DNA of 45,496 nucleotides from Chiloscyllium plagiosum (lineage: Eukaryota): assembly GCF_004010195.1 (NCBI RefSeq), contig NW_025215248.1:31804-77299 (forward strand). Reading direction: 5' to 3'. The notes beneath the pieces are model-generated. The model was not told the origin of the DNA. It made no database searches and saw nothing but the letters and a program-made list of their open reading frames with translations. Made by a program: the position numbers and the translations under genes. Of this stretch, positions 26,017 through 39,015 are shown in pieces; position 1 is the first letter of the stretch, and the number at the start of each line of letters is the position of its first letter.

Positions 26017-26112
26017 CAAACTTTGTGAGAAGATTTGTAGTTCGGGTGCTCGTTGTTGTGGTTCTGTTCGCCGAGCTGGGAATTTGTGTTGCAGACGTTT
26101 CGTACCGTGTCG
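26017..26112 (-). mobile_element. 96-bp solo 3'-terminal fragment of the Penelope pLTR with perfect 10-bp TSD
   Basis: Matches 38901-39000. Flanked by aggaggagtt at 26007-26016 and 26113-26122. Confidence 0.92.
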
Positions 26113-28586
26113 AGGAGGAGTTAATGCCAACAGTAGATCAGACATGATCGTATACAATGGCTTGACCGTCCGAATTACCTATTCCTGTTCCTCATGTTTT
26201 CCTTTTCTGTAATTTACAAGTAAATGGCTGTAATTTTCCTGGATGTACTGTTATTGCATGTTGTAATCAGAGAGAGCAAAGCATTTTTGAGTCATCTCTG
26301 AGTGAGGTATGGAGCTTTATTCATAATGACTCTTGGTCTAGACCAAGACCACCAAATGAAGCACAAATTGCAGAGAGGGGGCACTCTGTAAAGAGGCCCG
26401 AGGCGTCTTTCAAAACCAGCCTGGATTTCCAAATAACATATTCCAATCCGTACCAATCTGTGTTTGACAGTTGTGACAGCAGGAGCTATGAGAGGCTGAA
26501 TGCACCATAGTAACACGGGACTGTGGAGCAAGAGTGGGTCATCAGATACTTTGTCACTGCTCTACCATGCACTATGATCTGATTATGGTCTCAGCAGCAC
26601 TTTTCTGTCATTGTACCATTTCCCGACATTCATTTGTCTTTCAAATGTCTTACATAGACAATTTTGAACAAATGGAAATATCCAGGCATCACAATCTTCT
26701 GTGGAAGGGAATTCACACTTTAACAACCCTTGAGAATCTCTTGTTCATGGTCTGACCAATGTTGGAGGGTCACTCATGTCTTTTCCCAAGCCTCTATTGG
26801 TGAAAGCAAATTTTAAATGTAACCAGTTGAGTGCTGTGTCCAATGATATCGGTATCGGACTGGGCAATTTTCTAGAAACATCTAAGACACAGATAGTTGA
26901 ACTGTGAACAAATGGTAAAATGATAGAGTGTCTCAAATGTTTTTCTGACTTTGAACTTATTCTGCTCACACAAATGTCTGGGAATGCGGATTTCTTCCGG
27001 GAACAGTTGGATTTGGCTGAATTCACTTTGCTTCGTACTGGACAGAGATTCCTATGTATCCTCATCAGGAATCCTCCACGAGTGGTAAAGATGACTCAGG
27101 ACTTTTCTGCTCTGACGCCTTGTTTTCAGGCAGAACAAAGTCAGAGAGAGAGACCAATTGGTTGCTGCTTCTGAAGCAAGTAATATTTTTCTCCGTCTCT
27201 GTGTGGGAAAATACAAGAATGTCAACTGTACACCAAACTGGACCATGTGCACTCTCCATNNNNNNNNNNNNNNNNNNNNNNNNNNNNNNNNNNNNNNNNN
27301 NNNNNNNNNNNNNNNNNNNNNNNNNNNNNNNNNNNNNNNNNNNNNNNNNNNNNNNNNNNNNNNNNNNNNNNNNNNNNNNNNNNNNNNNNNNNNNNNNNNN
27401 NNNNNNNNNNNNNNNNNNNNNNNNNNNNNNNNNNNNNNNNNNNNNNNNNNNNNNNNNNNNNNNNNNNNNNNNNNNNNNNNNNNNNNNNNNNNNNNNNNNN
27501 NNNNNNNNNNNNNNNNNNNNNNNNNNNNNNNNNNNNNNNNNNNNNNNNNNNNNNNNNNNNNNNNNNNNNNNNNNNNNNNNNNNNNNNNNNNNNNNNNNNN
27601 NNNNNNNNNNNNNNNNNNNNNNNNNNNNNNNNNNNNNNNNNNNNNNNNNNNNNNNNNNNNNNNNNNNNNNNNNNNNNNNNNNNNNNNNNNNNNNNNNNNN
27701 NNNNNNNNNNNNNNNNNNNNNNNNNNNNNNNNNNNNNNNNNNNNNNNNNNNNNNNNNNNNNNNNNNNNNNNNNNNNNNNNNNNNNNNNNNNNNNNNNNNN
27801 NNNNNNNNNNNNNNNNNNNNNNNNNNNNNNNNNNNNNNNNNNNNNNNNNNNNNNNNNNNNNNNNNNNNNNNNNNNNNNNNNNNNNNNNNNNNNNNNNNNN
27901 NNNNNNNNNNNNNNNNNNNNNNNNNNNNNNNNNNNNNNNNNNNNNNNNNNNNNNNNNNNNNNNNNNNNNNNNNNNNNNNNNNNNNNNNNNNNNNNNNNNN
28001 NNNNNNNNNNNNGAATCACTTGCTGCATCTGCAGACAGACTTCATATGATTCATGTACCAAGAATATGAAAAACATCTGCATCACAGAGTTCTGCAATCT
28101 CTCTCCATTTATATTGTTCCCGACTGCAATGGACAACTCACATTATATTATTTCTGCTGAGGGTATGCTCACAATCCTTCCCTGTCTACATCATAATGCA
28201 GATTCACTATCTCCATTTGAAGATCTATTGAATGATCATTTTGGTGTACAAGGTAGCTTAGCTTTGATCCATTCAGTCCATTCATCCAAATATTTTACAT
28301 AGATTATTGATCATTGATGACCCTACGTGATATCTGAGTCAAAACTAGTGACAGTTTTGTTTAAAAAATCATATATCTCTACTGTCTATTTCCTGTTAGT
28401 GACAGCTTCCCTGTTCCTGTGCAGCAGTTCAGGCGGTTTGAATGGCCTCGTCCTGGGCTGTGTAATGTACTCAACGAGCTGGATGACTTCATCCTATATT
28501 CCTGTGTAATTCTTTGGAGCGGCAGAATGGTCTCCTCCCGTCTCATTGTAACGATCTAGTCTGGCCGAATGGGATGGGTCTCTACC

Positions 28587-28882
28587 CTGTAATCGCATTG
28601 AGGGAACAACACATGGGGTATAGGGTCAGCAGTATATCTCTGTAACTGCTTCGAGGGGTGGATTGAGGGAACAACACATGGGGTAAGGGCAGCAGTATGT
28701 CTCTGTAACGTCCGGGAGCTTGGATTGAGGGAACAACATATGGTATAGGGTCAGCCGTATATTCCTGTAACGGCCGGGAGCTTGGATTGAGGGAACAACA
28801 TATGGTATAGGGTCAGTAGTATATTCCTGTAACGGCCGGAAGGGTAGGTTCACGGAACAACACATTGGAAAGGGGCAGCAGT
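28587..28882. repeat. Minisatellite, about 62-bp unit, about 5 copies
   Basis: gagggaacaaca recurs at 28600, 28665, 28727, 28789, with a variant at 28851. Confidence 0.92.
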
Positions 28883-29424
28883 TGGCCATTTGGCAGCACC
28901 ATTCAGAATGCTCATGGCTGATCCGAGTGTGTCTGACCATCCGTCTCCTGTCTGTTCCCAATAAACATTGACGCTCCTGTCCAGCAAAGATCAATCAAGC
29001 TCAAACTAAAATGCCTTAATTAACCGAGTCTTCACTGCTCCCTGAGGATGACGACACCACAGATAGCACAACAGTAAAGGGAAAAGGACATCCTTCTTTC
29101 ATTGTGGGACACATTTTTTATAAACTGTGGTACAATAACTAGGAATAGACATTAACCAGTCTGCCCTCCAATCTTTTCCCACATTACCACTGACTGTTTC
29201 CAATCAAATATGTTGCTGCTGCTGTCTCAGGAAGAGAATACCTGATAGCATAACACCACACGAACATTACAAAAGGAGCAGAATTAGACCATTTGGCCTA
29301 TCGAGTCTGCTATACCATTCAGTCATTTCTAATATGTTCCTCAGCATCATTCTTCTACCTTCTCCCTAGAATCCATGATCTCCTTATAAATCAAAAACTT
29401 ATTTATTTGTGTCTTAATGGCACT

Positions 29425-29715
29425 CGCGTCTGTGTCTTAATGTGCATTTATGTGACTGTGTGTCCATGTGCTTGCTATTTTTGTATTTATGTGACGATGT
29501 CTGTCTGTCTTTGTATCAGCCTGTTTGTTTCTATCTGTGTTTGTGTCTATTTGTGTGTGACTGTCAATGTCTTTGTGTGCTTCTACGTGTGTGCATGTTT
29601 ATCTCCTTGTAAGCATTGTGTATGTTAGTATATTGGGGTATTTACCAATACGTCTGTGCATTTCAATGCCTGCATCTCTGTGCAATGGGGTGTCTGTTAG
29701 TCTGCGAGTGAGAGA
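29425..29715. repeat. Degenerate (TG)n-rich low-complexity tract
   Basis: tgtgtc/tgtgtg-rich and imperfect. Confidence 0.8.
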
Positions 29716-30543
29716 GATGAGGTTGGAACTGACAGTGGGTTTGAATTAAGAATTGCTCTTTACTGAACACTGCTCCTTATTCGGTTGGTGGGACGTGGAT
29801 GTTTCAGATACTCCACAAAAGGCTCCTGGTCCTCTCCGGCTCCCTCCAGGTTCCTCCACACATATCAGGTTAGGGGGATGAGGAAACGGATATCCGGCAC
29901 TCCTCCACCCGGCTTGGCCCTTTCTGTCCTATTCCAAGTTGTTTCTCCTGGAATGGGAGAAAGGGAGGGAATGACTGAGGGTGGGAGTGGATGGCCCTGC
30001 TGTTAGTGCTAGGCTAGGTGAGGTGTGACATGGTGAGGTGGCCAGAGGGAGTCTCTCCATAGTGCTAGATCCATGAGGTGATATTAGTGTCCGGGGCTAA
30101 TGCGTCAAGGACAGAAAATGTGGGGGAGGGAAGGTGCTGAATTTAACAGTGAGATTGGTCGTGCTTGAGCCTTATATGGAGATAGAGTATGAGCCTTAGT
30201 AGAGGGTAGGTGCTGTAACAGATATACAGTGAGTGTGAGGGAACAGCGACAATATACGGTGACACTTATCCTGACAGAGCGGGGTGGATATTAATGCTTG
30301 TCCTGTATTGCTGGACATGTCTTCAGATCATCTCAGCATCGAGCTGAGCCTCCCCGAATGTCTTATCCAAGTCTATCACTAAGAACGACACAGACTCTGC
30401 CCCTCAGATTCCACAGAATCAGTTTGGGTGGGTCTTACAAATAACAAGGAGAAACAAACTTGTGTTATATATCTGAACCAAAACTGTCGCGCAAATATTT
30501 TGAATCATATGCTCTGGAAATTATATATGCAACCATATGCAAA

Positions 30544-30880
30544 GGGAAGCTATGACATACTGATATTATCGCTGGGCTGTTAACCCAGAGACCCAGGTAA
30601 TGTTCTGGGGACATGGTTTCAAATCCTGCCATGGCAGATTGTGGAATTTGAATTCAATAAGTATCTGGAATCAAGGGTTGATGATGATCAGGAATCCATT
30701 GTTGATTGTTGGAAAACCTCATCTGGTTCACTAATGTCCTTTAGTGAAGGAAACGGCTGTTCTTACCTGGTCTGGCCTGCATGTCACTCCAGATCCAAGG
30801 CAACACTGTTGACTCTTAGCTGTCGTCTGGCATGGCCAGTAAATCCTGGTTATCCAGGTAAACACTCATCGTGTGAATGA
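30544..30880 (+). mobile_element. tRNA-derived SINE (second family)
   Basis: tRNA-like head with B-box-like ggtttcaaatcc. Core homologous to fragments at 7590, 16430, 23905 and 43975. Confidence 0.75.
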
Positions 30881-31369
30881 GCAACAAGTACTCGTAGGTT
30901 CTGCAGTAATAATGGATGGTGTCAAGTTGCATCGAAACTGAGTTAACTACGTGACTACTAATGTTATGAAAAATAAATTCCATAAGTGTATATCAGGTAG
31001 GTTGAAGACTGTGTTGTGAACCAAACTAGAGAGCAGGTTATTTCGGATTTGGTGTTGTGTGATACTGCTTAAGGATGATCAGCTATGACCATATTGAATG
31101 GTGGTGCAGGCTCGAAGGGCAGAATGGCCTACTCCTGCACCTATTGTCTATTGTGTGGTCAGAAGGATTAATTACTGACCTTGCTCTGAAGGAGCTTTGG
31201 AGGAATAGTGACATTAATATGTTGTATGTTACATGGCGTCTGCATTCAATATGGAATGTTTGAACATTCTGGTCCAACATCATGGAGGCCCAGAGGCTAG
31301 ACTCTCAAGTTCGTTCCAATGAATTGGAAAATACAATATAACATTCAGTAGGAGAGCAATTGTTGTTAG

Positions 31370-32910
31370 ATCCATATAGTCTTACAGTACGGAGACAGAC
31401 CATTCGGCCCAAACTGGTCCATTCCGAAGAAAATGTCCATTCACACTAACCCCATTTCCCTGCCATTTCCCTGTATCCTTTTAATCCTTTCCTACCTGTT
31501 TATTTGTCGAATGTACTTTAAATTTTGTGAATGTACCTGCCTCAACCACTTCTGCTGACAGCTCATCCCATATGCATACAACCCTGTGTGTAAATGAAAG
31601 TACCCCTTAGGTTCTCTTTTATTCTTTCCTCTCTGACCTTAATTTGATGCCCTCTAGTCCACGATTGCCCAGTCCTGGGGAAAAAAGACTGAGTGCATTG
31701 ACTCTATCCATGCCTCCCATGATCTTGTACACTACTATCAGATACTCCTCAGCCTCATACATTCTAAAGTAAAAACTCATAGCTTGTTCAACATCTCACT
31801 ATAACTCAGACCATTGAGTCTTAGCAACATCCTTGTAAATTTCTTCTGCACTCTTTCCAGTTTAATAACATCTCTCCTCCAGCAAAGTGAACAAAACTGA
31901 ACATGACGCTACAAGTATGGACTCACCAACATCTTGTATAACTGCAACATAACTCCCTAATTATGATACTCAGTGCTCTAACTGAGGAAGGCCAGTGAGC
32001 CAAATGCCTTTTTCAGTGCTTTATCTACCTGGGACTCGACTTACAGAGAACCGTGCACCTGAATTCCAAGGTCCCTCTGTTGCACTGCACTCCTTAAGGC
32101 CCTGCCATTCACCATGAAACGCCTGCCTTGATTTGACTTTCTAAAATGCAAGAACTTACACTTATCTGAATTAAACTCCATTTGCCATGTCTCGGCCCAA
32201 TTCCTCACGTGATCAAGGTACTGCTGTAATTTCTGAAATTTCTGATAACCTTCCTCACTGTCCACAATACCACCTACTTTAGTGTCACCTTGAAACTTAC
32301 AAATCATGCCTGTACATTCTCATCTAAATCATAGATATGTGTAATATATGAATGCATATGGTCCCAGCACCGACCCGTGTGGCATTCCACTCATCACAGG
32401 CCTCCAGTCCGACAAGCATCCTTCCAAGTCATCAAGGCAATTTTGGACCTAATTTGCCAACTCCCCCTCAATTCCATTTGATCTATCCTTCCAGAGCAGC
32501 GTACCATTTGGAACCTTATTGAAGGCCTTACTGAAATCCACAAAGACGATATATATACAACCATGCCCTTGTCAAAGTTACTGGTCACTTTATCAAAGCC
32601 GTCTAACAAATTTGTGAGCCATAATTCCACCTTCACAAGGCCCTGTCTTTCCAAATGCATGTATATCTTCTCCCTCAGAATCTTCTCAAGTAAGTTACCT
32701 GCTACAGGTTTTAGGTTTACTGGTCTATAGTTCCCCGGTTTTTCTTTGTAGCCCCTCTTGAATAACGGCACAGCATTCACTATCCTCCAGGCCTCCAGGA
32801 CCTCACCCGTGGGCTACCGATGATGCAAAAGTACCAACCAGGGCCCCCGCAATTTCTTTCCTGTCCTCCTGCAGTGTTCCTGAATATATATGGTCAGGAC
32901 CAGGAGATTT
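31370..32910 (-). mobile_element. 5'-truncated CR1 LINE
   Basis: NAVPLFKRGYKEKPGNYRPVNL, ICKFQGDTKVGG, WQMEFNSDKCKFLHF. 3' UTR near 31370. Confidence 0.92.
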
Positions 32911-33099
32911 ATAGAAATACTACAAAGTCTGAAAAACATGTCTATTTATTTCAGGTAAAACACCCAAGACTGAGAAAGCGATATAACAATGATTAGCATA
33001 ATTAATTAAAGATTATATTAATCACAGGAAGTGACTTCAGAAAAATTCCAGACATTATGGAATCCTGAGAATTCTCAGAAATTTACGATCCAGAAAAGG

Positions 33100-34629
33100 A
33101 GGGCAATGAAACGGGTAAGAAAATCAAAAAGCGAACATGCATGCAACAAACAGGAACACAAAGACTGCATAAATCTATGATCTATATTACAAAGGAAAGA
33201 GAAAAGGATAATCAAATGTGGAAATCTACAATCAGGAGAAGCGAGCTTATTAGGGATAACCGGGAAATGACCATGCAAATAACCAGTTACTTTGCATCTG
33301 TCTTCATGGAGGAAGATCCAGAAAATCACCCAGAAATACAAAGTAATCATATAGGACTTGTGGATCGAAAGACATAAAGTCAATTTATATCAGTAACAAG
33401 GCTTTACTTGAACATGCAGCTGGATTGAGCATTGCTGACCTTGACAAATCAGATGTACTTCATACCAAAATCTTCCGAAATAAACCACTAATAGAAGTAT
33501 TAGTTGCAATGTCGATTACTGTGTTCTAATTCCCAGTGCATTCTGTATAGTCTGGAAGCCGTTGTAGATAAATGGACATTAGTAAACGTGATCCAAGCAC
33601 TATAGATTAACGTTAGCGATCCAAGCATCTACAAAGGGAAGAAGAGATAGTGTGGAGAGCTGCAGACCAATTAACTTGACTTTTGTGGGGAAACTGTTGG
33701 AATATATTATATAGGATGTAATATTCGTTTTTTCGAAATTAACAGCAACATTGGAGAGAATCAGTATGCATTTCTGAAAGGGAAGTCATACTTGAGAAGC
33801 TTTGGAATTGTTTGAAGTTGATTCTTACAGCATAGATAATGGGGAACCAGTACAATTGGCATATTTTAGATTTTCAGAAGGCTTTTTATAAGAACTCACG
33901 CACTGAGTTCGTAAATGCAACGAATGCGAAGGGTAATTGAAGGAATATGTGCAAGTGGTAAGTTAAAGTTTGGATTGCCTTGCTTTAAGGGAGTCAGAAT
34001 ATAGATGTAAAGACATGTTGAAGCAGTTTAACAGCTTTTTGGTGAGTACTGTACTTGGAATATTGAGTACAGTTTTGATGACCAAATCTGAGAAAGAATA
34101 CACTGACCACAGAGGAAGTTCAATGGATATTCTCCAGATTAATCCCTCAGTTGGCGAGATTGCGTTATGAGGAAACTCGGCCTGTGTTCTCTCGAGATTC
34201 AAAGAATAAGAGATGGGTCACTGTGAAATTTATAAAATTCCCAAAACACGTGACAAATTGAAAATTAACAGGATGTTTCTCCGGCTGCCTAATCCACATT
34301 CAAGGGAATTAATGGCAGGATAAAGAACAACCATTTAAGGCTGCAATAAGGAGGAACATCTGCACGCATAGGGGACTAACTAACACAGGGGCATGGAAAC
34401 CTGCTGGCAGGGCAAGATTCGGGAGAATTCCCAGATATTCTACAAGTGTACTCAGCGGAACAGAATAACTAGGGAACAGGTAGGACTCACTAGTGACATA
34501 CCAAGTCGCATCCAAATGAAGTTTAGTGATAGGAGACAGAAGGTGGTGGTAGACGACTGCTTGTGTGACTGGAGGCCATTGTCCAATGGTATACCACAGG
34601 GATCAGTGCTGTGTCCCTTATTATTTGTG
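33100..34629 (+). mobile_element. Old CR1-type LINE fragments
   Basis: SYFASVF, CRPINLTFVGKLLE, YLDFQKAF-like (ttagattttcagaaggcttt), GIPQGSVLCPLLF. Confidence 0.75.
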
Positions 34630-34842
34630 ATTCGGAGGTGCTGGTGTTGGACTGGGTGGATAATGTTATGAATCGCATGACACCACATTATAGTCCAACA
34701 GGTTTATTCGGCGGCACTAACATTTAAAGTGCTGCTTCTTCATCAAAGCGCACAATCATCTGATGAAGAAGCAGCGCTTCGAAAGCTAGTGCCTCCAAAT
34801 AAACCTGTTAGAATCTAACCTGATGTTGTGTGATTTTCCACT
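34630..34842. mobile_element. Palindromic PLE-derived element with outward-facing hammerhead motifs (duplicate at 36355-36567)
   Basis: Inverted arms 34671-34745 and 34761-34835. Flanked by ttattatttgtg and ttaatatatgtg (TSD-like). Absent from the paralogous site near 12365. Confidence 0.85.
34757..34791 (+). ncRNA. Minimal type I hammerhead ribozyme motif, intact core
   Basis: cat CTGATGA A GAAGC agc GCTTC GAAA GC TA gtg: conserved core, 5-bp stem II, palindromic AGCT stem III, 3-bp stem I. Confidence 0.75.
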
Positions 34843-35385
34843 TTAATATATGTGGTAGTCATAAATGATGTAGCTGTGAATATGGACGAGGGGTGGGGAG
34901 TGAGATAAGTAAGTTTGTGTTTGATACAAAATTTGACCGGTTGGTGAGGAGGAAGGCCTTAAAGTATGGGAAGATACAGATAGAATGGTCAGCTGGGAAG
35001 ATCAATGGCAGATGGAATGTANNNNNNNNNNNNNNNNNNNNNNNNNNNNNNNNNNNNNNNNNNNNNNNNNNNNNNNNNNNNNNNNNNNNNNNNNNNNNNN
35101 NNNNNNNNNNNNNNNNNNNNNNNNNNNNNNNNNNNNNNNNNNNNNNNNNNNNNNNNNNNNNNNNNNNNNNNNNNNNNNNNNNNNNNNNNNNNNNNNNNNN
35201 NNNNNNNNNNNNNNNNNNNNNNNNNNNNNNNNNNNNNNNNNNNNNNNNNNNNNNNNNNNNNNNNNNNNNNNNNNNNNNNNNNNNNNNNNNNNNNNNNNNN
35301 NNNNNNNNNNNNNNNNNNNNNNNNNNNNNNNNNNNNNNNNNNNNNNNNNNNNNNNNNNNNNNNNNNNNNNNNNNNNNNNNNNNNN

Positions 35386-36746
35386 TGCAGACCAATTAAC
35401 TTGACATTTGTGGGGAAACTGTTGGAATATATTATATAGGATGTAATATTCGTTATTTAGAAATTAACAGCAATATTGGAGAGAATCAGTACGCATTTCT
35501 GAAAGGGAAGTCATACTTGAGAAGCTTTGGAATTGTTTGAAGTTGATTCTTACAGCATAGATAATGGGGAACCAGTACAATTGGCATATTTTAGATTATC
35601 AGAAGGCTTTTTATAAGAACTCACGTACTGAGTTCGTAAATGCAATGAATGCGAAGGGTATTTGAAGGAATATGTGCAAGTGGTAAGTTAAAGTTTCGAT
35701 TGCCTTGCTTTAAGGGAGTCAGAATATAGATGTAAAGACATGTTGAAGCAGTTTAACAGCTTGTTGGTGAGTACTGTACTTGGAATATTGAGTACAGTTT
35801 TGGTCACCAAATCTGAGAAAGAATACACTGACCACAGAGGAAGTTCAATGGATATTCTCCAGATTAATCCCTCAGTTGGCGAGATTGCGTTATGAGGAAA
35901 CTCGGCCTGTGTTCTCGAGCGTTTCAAAGAATAAGAGCTGGGTCACTGTGAAATTTATAAAATTCCCAAAACACGTGACAAATTGAAAATTAACAGGTTG
36001 TTTCTCCGGCTGCCTAATCCACATTCAAGGGAATTAATGGCAGGATAAAAAACAACCATTTAAGGCTGCAATAAGGAGGATATTCTGCACGCGTAGGGGA
36101 CTAACTAACACAGGGGCATGGAAACCTGCTGGCAGGGCAAGATTCGGGAGAATTCCCAGATATTCTTCAAGTGTGTTCAGCGGAACAGAATAACTAGGGA
36201 ACAGGTCGGACTCACTCGTGACATGCCAAGTCGCATCCAAATGAAGTTTAGTGATAGGAGACAGAAGGTGGTGGTAGACGACTGCTTGTGTGACTGGAGG
36301 CCATTGTCCAATGGTATACCACAGGGATCAGTGCTGTGTCCCTTATTATTTGTGATTCGGAGGTGCTGGTGTTGGACTGGGTGGATAATGTTATGAATCG
36401 CATGACAACACATTATAGTCCAACAGGTTTATTCGGCGGCACTAACATTTAAAGTGCTGCTTCTTCATCAAAGCGCACAATCACGTGATGAAGAAGCAGC
36501 GCTTCGAAAGCTAGTGCCTCCAAATAAACCTGTTAGAATCTAACCTGATGTTGTGTGATTTTCCACTTTAATATTTGTGGTAGTCATAAATGATGTAGCT
36601 GTGAATATGGACGAGGGGTGGGGAGTGAGATAAGTAATTTTGTGTTTGATACAAAGATTGACCGGTTGGTGAGGAGGAAGGCCTTAAAGTATGGGAAGAT
36701 ACAGATGGAATAGTCAGCTGGGAAGATCAATGGCAGATGGAATGTA
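35386..36746. repeat. Near-identical copy of 33661-35021 across a gap, probable assembly or allelic overlap
   Basis: Constant offset 1725. The two copies directly abut the same N gap. Confidence 0.9.
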
Positions 36747-37480
36747 ACCCTGATAAATATGAGGTGATGAACTTTGGAAGAAGGAACCAGACAGGATAGG
36801 ACTCAATTAATAGTAGCACACTAGGAAGGTTAGACGGTGCTTCTCCACACAATCTGAATGTGCTGGACAGGTTAATACACAATTTGGGAAAGCATAGGGG
36901 ACTGGAAACATAACCTTGATTCATTGAGGCACAGATTATAAGAGCTATGCGGAACTTTCGTGAGGCCAAGATGGAATACTGTGTGTAGTTCGGGGAAACA
37001 TATTACAGGAAGGATGCGATTGCACTGGAGAGGGTGCAGAGGAGATTTACCACGATGTTTCCTGGGATGGAGCATCTCAGCTATGGAAAGAGGCTGGATA
37101 AGCTTGGGTTGTTTAGTTTGGAGGAGACGAGGCTGAGGGAGACATGATTCAGAAAAATAGGATTACGAGGAGCATGGGCAGGGTGGATGGACAGCAGCTG
37201 TTCCTTTTAGTCAAAGAGGCACATTTTTAAAATGAAGGTTTTGCGGTTTAGTAAGAATTTGAGGATTGCTTTTCATCCAGAGGGTGTTGGGGTCCGAAAT
37301 GCACTTCTTGAGAGGGGAGTTGTCATGGTAACCTCAAAACCATTAGAAAACACACGGTTGTGCACCTGAAATGCCTTAAGATTAACAGCTGCAGGTATTG
37401 TGTCGGAAATGGGTCTAATGTAGACCGTGCTGTATTTCTGATAGTACACATTCTTTGCTTCTGTGATTGTATGGCTGTGG
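36590..37480 (+). mobile_element. CR1 RT C-terminus and 3' region
   Basis: WQMECNPDKYEVMNFG, YRKDAIALERVQRRFTTMFPG. Confidence 0.85.
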
Positions 37481-38975
37481 AAGGTCAATCACTGAGTACC
37501 ATAAAATAGGAATTGATAGGTTTCTGAAGAATTTCTTAACAAAGATCATAAGACAGAACTTGTGATATATTCTGAAAATATGTCAATGGCAAGATTAAGA
37601 GAAAAAAAACGTGCAGCTTTCTCACAGTTTGATGCCAGATAATTGAAGACCGGAAAAGAGCAGAACTATGGAGCAAATGTTTCAGTTATGCCTTCACAGA
37701 GGAAAACAAAACAAAAAATAAAACTTCCTAGTAATAATAGGTAGCTTTAGTCTGGTGAGAAAAAAGGAATAGAATGAAATTAGCAACTAAACAGTTTAAA
37801 GAAATTATCGGACTGAAATTAATGGGCATAGACAAAGTCACAGAGATTTATGAAATGGGAATCATTTTGATAAAGTGGCTTTTGGCAAAATTATGGAGAA
37901 GCTATCAATGAAATACGATTGGAATCTCAGAAAGATTTTTGATAAAGCCTCAAGCCTATTGTGCAAATTCGAATCCTATGGGACTCGGGCTAATATATGG
38001 TCATGGTTTTAGAATGGGAGAGCTGGCAGGAAACAGTGAGTAGGAATAAAACAACGTTGTTTTTTAAAATGGAAGGCTTGGAGGATACAGAAAGGATCGT
38101 GGCTTGGGCCCCAGCTATTCCCAATACACATCATATATTTGGTTGAGGGGGTCAAATGCAATATTCCCAAGTCTGCTGATAGCACTAAATGATGTCAGCA
38201 TGTGAGTGGGTGCGGAGGATGTAAAAACGCTCCAAAGTGACTGAGACAAGTGAAATTACTGGGATAATACGTGGCAGATGGAGAGCAATGGGAGAGATGA
38301 GATATTGTGCACTTTGATGGGAACAATAGAATGGCAGCCTCTCATTTGAAAAGGGATTGGTAGAAAAATGTTGCTCTACAAAAGAACTTAAGCAGCATTT
38401 TTGTTTATTTCTGCGCAACCCTCTAGGTACATGTAGGGCAGTGAGTTCTGAAACCAGAAGTCAATACTGGGAATGGCATTGGCACGCTGACCAGTGTATA
38501 TAGACCCAGCAAGTGGGGAACTGTAACATTGAAATGAATCTGGATCTCCATGTACACCAGTCACTGAAATAAATATGGCAGGAGCAGAAATCAGGTAGGC
38601 AGATAAATGATGTATTCACCTTCACTTCAGGGAATTGACTACAGGAGTAAGAGTATATTACTGCAGCTGTACAGGGCCTTAGTGAGACCCCATCTCGAAC
38701 ATTGTACAGTATTGTGTGCAGTTTTGGTATCCTTACCCAGTGAAAAACAAATCTGACATTGAAGAAGAGCAGCGAAGGACGACGAGACTGATCTCTGAGA
38801 TGACAGGCTTGTTGTTGGAGCAGAGCTTGAGGCGACTGGGCTTGAATTCCATGCCGTTTATGAAAATGAGTGGTGATCACAGCGAAATATATAAAACTCG
38901 TCAATGTTTGTGAGAAGATTTGTAGCTCGGGTGCTCGTTGTTGTGGTTCTGTTCACCGCGCTGGGAATTTGTGTT

Positions 38976-39015
38976 GCAGACGTTTCATCCCCTGTCTAGG
39001 GGACATCCGCAGTGC
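38976..39015 (-). ncRNA. pLTR hammerhead ribozyme motif, one core mismatch
   Basis: Reverse complement GCA CTGCGGA T GTCCCCT agac AGGGGAT GAAAC GTC TGC. A6 of CUGANGA is C here. Confidence 0.75.

Noticed and set aside
28587..28882. CRISPR-like 62-bp periodicity
   Set aside because: The would-be spacers are homologous to each other, so this is a minisatellite in a vertebrate context.
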